This document shows, piece by piece, positions 59,090 to 64,000 of a DNA stretch of 64,000 bases. The position numbers and the translations under genes are program-made. The first letter of the stretch is position 1. Every line of letters starts with the position of its first letter. This DNA comes from Candidatus Atabeyarchaeum deiterrae (GTDB lineage Archaea > Asgardarchaeota > Atabeyarchaeia > Atabeyarchaeales > Atabeyarchaeaceae). The notes below the pieces were generated by a model that saw only the letters and a list, made by a program, of their open reading frames with translations, did not search any database and had not been told where the DNA came from. The DNA lies in assembly GCA_037310415.1 (NCBI GenBank), contig CP147780.1:1-64000 (forward strand). Direction: 5' to 3'.

Positions 59090-59409
59090 GTTGACTTATC
59101 ACCTCAGGAATACCAGATGAATGCAAAATCGTTTATCTGGTAATCGGAGCATCTATTCAAGCGTATCATTATTCCCTTAATATAGGTTTCAACTCAATAA
59201 CTGATCTGCCATATACCTCTCTCCAATAAAAATACGTAGGAAAGGTTAAGACTGCTTCCTTGTCTATATTTGACTAAGATCTACCGCATGATAATTGGTT
59301 ATGTTGTCTTTCATGACGAGGAAGGGAATTTCCTGACTGCAAGTTTCCGATAAGATCGTATTTGTTGAGTCTGGTGATGCAGAGACTCCTGGCTGAGGGA
59401 TATCTGAGA

Positions 59410-61233
59410 ATGTGTGGCATAATCGGAGTAGTCACTAAGAATAGCCAAGTTGCTGAAACCGTAATCAGCTCATTAAAGAGACTGGAGTATAGAGGCTATG
59501 ACTCGGCTGGGATAGCTATCGTGAGAAGCGATGGCATTTCAATTGTGAAAGACAAGGGATCAGTTGAACATGTTTCAAAGGAAATCAACGCATCTAGAAT
59601 GGACGGCCATGTTGGGTTGGGACATACAAGGTGGGCTACTCATGGTCCTCCTTCCAAGGTCAATGCTCACCCCCTCACAGATTGTAAGGAAAGAATTGCA
59701 GTCGTCCATAATGGCATAATAGAGAATTTCATGGAATTAAGAAAACAGCTGGAGGATCGCGGGCACAGACTCGTTTCGCAGACGGACACGGAAGTCGTTC
59801 CTCATTTGGTCGAGGAATTCATGAGTAAGGGCATGTCACTCAAAGAGTCGGCTAGGGCCGCTATCGGGGAGTGCAGAGGCTCGTATGCTCTGGTCATGAT
59901 TTCCTTTGCTGAGCCTGATAGGATAGTCTGTGCAAGAAGGGAGAGCCCACTCGTCTTAGGTGTTGGGAAGGGTGAAATGTTCTGCGCCTCAGATATACCG
60001 GCTTTCCTCCCTTTCACAAACAAGGCAATAATCCTCCATGATGGAGAAATGGCGGTTCTAACTGCGGATTCAGTTGAAATCGAGAGAATTGATGATTCGA
60101 CTACGGTCTCACCTCAGATAATGACGATAACGTGGAGTCCTCAGATGGCTGAGAAGTCAGGGTTTCCGCATTTCATGCTGAAGGAGATCCATGAACAGCC
60201 ACATGCTCTCAGGGAGACGCTTAGAATAGATGAACGTTTGATCGAGCCTTTTGTCAAAAGAATAGATGATTCCAACAAGGTCATCCTAACCGCTGCAGGA
60301 ACATCCAATCATGCAAGTATTATTGGGAAATACATGCTAACGCATCTAGCTCAACTTTACTGTCAATCAATAGTATCCTCTGAGTTCGCTGACATAGGAC
60401 TTAACACGATAAGTGATCGAGACACGATAATTGCTGTGAGTCAATCTGGTGAGACTATAGATACTATTGACGCAGCTAAGAAAGCTAAAGAGAAAGGCGC
60501 AGCCATTCTTTCAGTTACGAATGTGGTCGGAAGCTCTATAACTCGCCTCTCTGACCATGTCATATGCACACAGGCAGGACCTGAGATCGGTGTGGCCGCG
60601 ACAAAGACATTCATTGTTGAAGTCGCAACATTAGCGCTTCTGGCTCTCGAACTTGCAAAGGTGAGGGGGACACTGAGCTACGATGAGAGTCAGATCCTTA
60701 GAAGAAGCTTACTTGACACTCCTCGCCTAATAGAGGAGGTCATAAAGAGCCAAGAAGGATCTGCGATTAGAGCAGCGGAGAAGTACCATAACAAGCAGAG
60801 TTTCCTCTTCTTAGGCAGAGGCATAAGTACTGCGACAGCGATGGAAGGAGCATTAAAACTCAAAGAAATAGCTTATACTCATGCAGAAGGATATCCCGCT
60901 GGCGAGAGTAAACATGGACCAATCTCACTTGTAGAGCCTTGCTTTCCTGTTGTATTCATAGCTCCCCCAGACGACACATATGAGAGATTGATCGGGAATA
61001 TTATGGAAATGAAGGCTCGTGAAGCCAGCATAATATCCGTATGCGCCCAAGGCGATGAAAAGGTCGAGCGACTATCTGATGTTCTGTTTGAGATCCCCGG
61101 CAACATTCCACCAGAATTCTCCCCGATACCTTACGTCGTCCCCCTCCAGCTATTTGCCTATTATGCTGCAGTCAAGCGGGGATGCGACCCGGACAAACCC
61201 AGAAATCTCGCAAAGTCCGTCACAGTGAAGTAG
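59410..61233 (+). CDS. glmS: Glutamine-fructose-6-phosphate transaminase (isomerising)
   Basis: MCGI N-terminus, EYRGYDSAG, GHTRWATHG, HNGIIEN, SQSGET, EGALKLKE, PRNLAKSVTV. Confidence 0.97.
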   Translation: MCGIIGVVTKNSQVAETVISSLKRLEYRGYDSAGIAIVRSDGISIVKDKGSVEHVSKEINASRMDGHVGLGHTRWATHGPPSKVNAHPLTDCKERIAVVHNGIIENFMELRKQLEDRGHRLVSQTDTEVVPHLVEEFMSKGMSLKESARAAIGECRGSYALVMISFAEPDRIVCARRESPLVLGVGKGEMFCASDIPAFLPFTNKAIILHDGEMAVLTADSVEIERIDDSTTVSPQIMTITWSPQMAEKSGFPHFMLKEIHEQPHALRETLRIDERLIEPFVKRIDDSNKVILTAAGTSNHASIIGKYMLTHLAQLYCQSIVSSEFADIGLNTISDRDTIIAVSQSGETIDTIDAAKKAKEKGAAILSVTNVVGSSITRLSDHVICTQAGPEIGVAATKTFIVEVATLALLALELAKVRGTLSYDESQILRRSLLDTPRLIEEVIKSQEGSAIRAAEKYHNKQSFLFLGRGISTATAMEGALKLKEIAYTHAEGYPAGESKHGPISLVEPCFPVVFIAPPDDTYERLIGNIMEMKAREASIISVCAQGDEKVERLSDVLFEIPGNIPPEFSPIPYVVPLQLFAYYAAVKRGCDPDKPRNLAKSVTVK

Positions 61234-61270
61234 AAATCCACAAATACTCAGTTGTAAGTTTTGTAGCTCC

Positions 61271-62257
61271 ATGACCACTCTTGTTGCAGAGAACGTCCAC
61301 TTGATACGGGTCCCCTCTATGTTTCCTGTCGGAGCAACCAACTGTTACGTAGTAAACACTGGCGAACCCTCGCTAATCGATGTGGGACTCAAGAGCAGGA
61401 AATCCTATGAGACCCTGATCAAGGAACTCGCCTCCTTACATCTTGCTTTGAGAGACATCGGAAAAATCATAATTACGCATTCCCACGTCGATCATTTTGG
61501 TCTAATCCGTACCCTTCAAGAGGAATCAAGTTGTGATGTCTATGTCCATTCAGATGACTTTCAGTTTGTGTCCGACTACGAAGGATCCTATCTAAAGAGG
61601 ATGGACTACTTCGGGGATATGATGCTGAGCGCAGGTACACCGAGAAAAGTGTTGGAGGACCTGCAAGCGGCTTATCTTTTTCTAAGAGATGTCGGTGATT
61701 CTGTCACTAATTGCAGACGAGTAGATGACGGTGACAGCCTTGTACTGGGTCAAGTCAGGTTGAGGGTGGTACACACGCCAGGACACACAATTGGAGAGAT
61801 AGGTCTCTTGTGGGAGGACAATGAGTCGCTTTTTTGCGGAGATCACTTGCTGAAAGACATAACTCCCAATGTGGGTGTAACTCTCAGAGAGCGGCCTCAT
61901 GTTTCACTCCTACCAGACTACGTGAGGTCCTTACAGAAGACGATTAGACTTCCTGGTCAAACAGCTTTTCCAGGTCACCGCGGTGTTATCAACGACTTCA
62001 AAAAGAGAGCTCTTGAGATACTTCAACACCACGAAGAAAGGAAAGCCCTAATGCTGGAAAATGTTAAGGCGAGTGAGAGAAGTGCATTTGAGATCTCCAA
62101 AGCTGTTTTTGGCGAAGTGGCACTATCAGAGGTCCCCTTGGCAATAGCCGAAACAATGTCTCACATGAAGGTTCTGGAAGAAGAGGGGAAAGTGCATTCA
62201 CTGGAACGAAAAGGCATTGTGTACTATGTGGCAAGCAGCAACGCGCTCGCGAGTTAG
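61271..62257 (+). CDS. Metallo-beta-lactamase-fold hydrolase
   Basis: THSHVDHFG, HTPGHT, GDHLL, PGH. Confidence 0.9.
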   Translation: MTTLVAENVHLIRVPSMFPVGATNCYVVNTGEPSLIDVGLKSRKSYETLIKELASLHLALRDIGKIIITHSHVDHFGLIRTLQEESSCDVYVHSDDFQFVSDYEGSYLKRMDYFGDMMLSAGTPRKVLEDLQAAYLFLRDVGDSVTNCRRVDDGDSLVLGQVRLRVVHTPGHTIGEIGLLWEDNESLFCGDHLLKDITPNVGVTLRERPHVSLLPDYVRSLQKTIRLPGQTAFPGHRGVINDFKKRALEILQHHEERKALMLENVKASERSAFEISKAVFGEVALSEVPLAIAETMSHMKVLEEEGKVHSLERKGIVYYVASSNALAS

Positions 62258-62454
62258 GATTTTGGTTGGGCAAGATTTCTATCCGGAGCTCTCCGACTCG
62301 ATAGAGAGATTTAAATGTCTTATGAGTATTTAATAGAAACGTTGATTGCTGCACGCATTCCATCCGATGTTTGTGTGCAAGCATAAGAATCCGGACAAGT
62401 CAGTTCGAATTATAATGGTAAAAATCAATTGTTTCTTGGAGGTCGAATGTATAG

Positions 62455-62808
62455 TTGGGCGGTGGATCCAAGAAGAAATCCGTGTCGATGGCTGAAAAAG
62501 CACAGGATAGGCAATTGAAGAAGGAAGGCGAAGTCAAGGAGAAGAAGGAGTCCAGCGAACAGAAGAAGGGTCCGCGATCAGTAGTGGTCAGTGAAGATCT
62601 CATGAAAACCATCAGGAAAGAAGCCGTGAAAATGAATGCAGTAACACCATATACTTTGGCATCGAAATATGGCTTGAAGACTAGCATAGCGAAGGAAATA
62701 CTCAGAGAACTTGCGTCAAGCAATTTACTGAGAAAGGTTACCAGCAACCGCAGGACGATCGTGTACGCTCCCGTTCAAGCCAAACCGGGAGAGGCCGCTG
62801 CGGCGTGA
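62455..62808 (+). CDS. rps25e: 30S ribosomal protein eS25
   Basis: MGGGSKKK...EKAQ, VTPYTLASKYGLKTSIAKEILREL, IVY. Confidence 0.9.
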   Translation: MGGGSKKKSVSMAEKAQDRQLKKEGEVKEKKESSEQKKGPRSVVVSEDLMKTIRKEAVKMNAVTPYTLASKYGLKTSIAKEILRELASSNLLRKVTSNRRTIVYAPVQAKPGEAAAA

Positions 62809-62897
62809 TTGAACTTGTGAAACGAGAAATCTCTTGAATTAAGAACACAAGCGTGAGCTAGGGGTCAGTCCATTTGCTCGTGCCAGGGGGTTCCTCC

Positions 62898-63272
62898 ATG
62901 TCAGATCTGAGCCGATTCAAGGTTGTTTTCAGAATTCAAGGTGTGGGAGAGGCACGGGGAGAATTGATCCGCATGAAAGCGCCTCTTACGGCCGAGAGTG
63001 TGTGGCGTGCTATTCCTATAGTTGGGCAAGCAGGCGTATGGAGGAATGCTGAGGTCTATTTCCCGGCAGGAATCAATAGAGGTCTGGAAAGGGCCACCAA
63101 GGAAATTGAGCAAGGAGACATTGCATATTGGCCTCTTGGCAACGCCATATGCGTGTTCTATGACAAGGTCCAGCCTTACTCTGATGTAAGCATTATCGGA
63201 AAAATCGTTGAAGGTCTGAGGAGCTTCGCCAAGGTCAAAGTCGGGACAACCATCACTCTGGACAAAGCGTAG
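62898..63272 (+). CDS. Cyclophilin-like fold protein (DUF369-type)
   Basis: APLTA, LPI-like AIPI, EVYF, GDIAYWPLGNAICVFY, IGK. Confidence 0.8.
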   Translation: MSDLSRFKVVFRIQGVGEARGELIRMKAPLTAESVWRAIPIVGQAGVWRNAEVYFPAGINRGLERATKEIEQGDIAYWPLGNAICVFYDKVQPYSDVSIIGKIVEGLRSFAKVKVGTTITLDKA

Positions 63273-63505
63273 ATCGGAAGGACAGAACAAGTCCCTTTAC
63301 CATTCAGTCATATAGAAACTTCCAACACCTGAAAGCTTTTCAGAGAATATGGGGAGCAACGCTACTAATACTGCTTCTCATCTCGAACCCAACAAAATCA
63401 AAATAACTCACTCAACCACAGAAGAAACCCTCGAATTCGTTCAGTGCCAAACACCTAAGGATGGTGGCATAACGGAGATCAGGACAAACTTCACTCTCAG
63501 AGAAA

Positions 63506-64000
63506 ATGAACAGGAGAGGAGAGAGTATTCCAAGAGAAAAGGGAGAAATCTCATTAGACAAGTTATTTGAGCCCAAAACCGTTGCTCTGGTGGGATCATC
63601 GAAGTTGGCAGACAGAGTCGGGATGATGAACCCGCGCGTTTTTGATTCTGTATATCACAACCTCATGAAGTTCTTCAGAGGAAAGACAATGAAGTTTGAC
63701 ATTGGTGAAGACGTCAGCCAGTTTCGAAAAGGTTCCGTCAAGGCCGACTTGGCTGTAATAACCTTGTCAGCCAAGCTGGCGATTAGGGTTCTTGAGGTAT
63801 GTGGAAAGAATGGTGTGAAGGCGGCAATTGTCATTCCCGGGGGATTTAAAGACTTTGAAAGGAGTGAGCTGATCGAAACCGCTTCCAGAAACGGGATCAG
63901 GGTACTTGGTCCCAATGCGATCATGGGTGTGGTCAACACAGGAAATGGGTTGAATACCACATTTGAGAAAGATCTTATGCCTAAACGCGGAGGCATATCT
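63506..64000 (+). CDS. Acyl-CoA synthetase (NDP-forming) alpha-type, N-terminal CoA-binding part (truncated by window end)
   Basis: Own translation: LDKLFEPKTVALVGSS...DLAVI...GVKAAIVIPGGF...IRVLGPN...GLNTTF. The frame is open to the edge. Confidence 0.85.
   Translation, partial: MNRRGESIPREKGEISLDKLFEPKTVALVGSSKLADRVGMMNPRVFDSVYHNLMKFFRGKTMKFDIGEDVSQFRKGSVKADLAVITLSAKLAIRVLEVCGKNGVKAAIVIPGGFKDFERSELIETASRNGIRVLGPNAIMGVVNTGNGLNTTFEKDLMPKRGGIS

Noticed and set aside
59281-59409. glmS ribozyme upstream of glmS (contains TGACGAGG)
   Set aside because: The AGCGC cleavage-site segment, P1 stem and TCGGCGG partner of the ribozyme core are not present; only a short motif matches.
63349-63996. Tracked ORFs 63349-63570 (+) and 63655-63996 (-)
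   Set aside because: They are shadows of the acyl-CoA synthetase gene starting at 63506, which runs off the window.
1-64000. CRISPR array, rRNA gene, integrase or prophage genes
   Set aside because: No regularly spaced repeats or such genes were seen. The rRNA-like 9-12-mers at about 10360-10410 and 51528-51578 are explained as sRNA guides.

Overview
This is a 64 kb archaeal chromosomal region. An Asgard (Promethearchaeota-like) origin is inferred from a gelsolin-domain protein, a longin-like protein, a SNAP-like helical protein, eS25 and a multi-intron tRNA. Most of the window is housekeeping: ileS, elp3, priL/priS, glmS, purE/purM/purP, dys+speB, hppA, rps25e, a PAC2 chaperone, tRNA methyltransferases and sugar kinases. 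Several things are missing from the ORF track. (1) A tRNA-Ile gene with the rare UAU anticodon sits just downstream of ileS and splices cleanly only if FOUR bulge-helix-bulge introns are removed. (2) Two, possibly three, box C/D guide RNAs have guides matching conserved 23S rRNA segments. (3) Two Cys-rich microproteins are present. (4) A tnpB-only IS200/IS605 element has recognisable end hairpins. (5) Several genes have conserved N-termini that appear to begin at near-cognate codons (ACG, ATA, ATT) behind strong Shine-Dalgarno motifs. The most system-like unknown is a split PEP-synthase/dikinase-type module: separate ATP-grasp and phospho-His swivel genes, divergently paired with an unknown 395-aa protein, a CrtC/AttH-like beta-barrel protein and two ferredoxin-type genes. 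All family calls come from motif recognition by eye; no searches were run.
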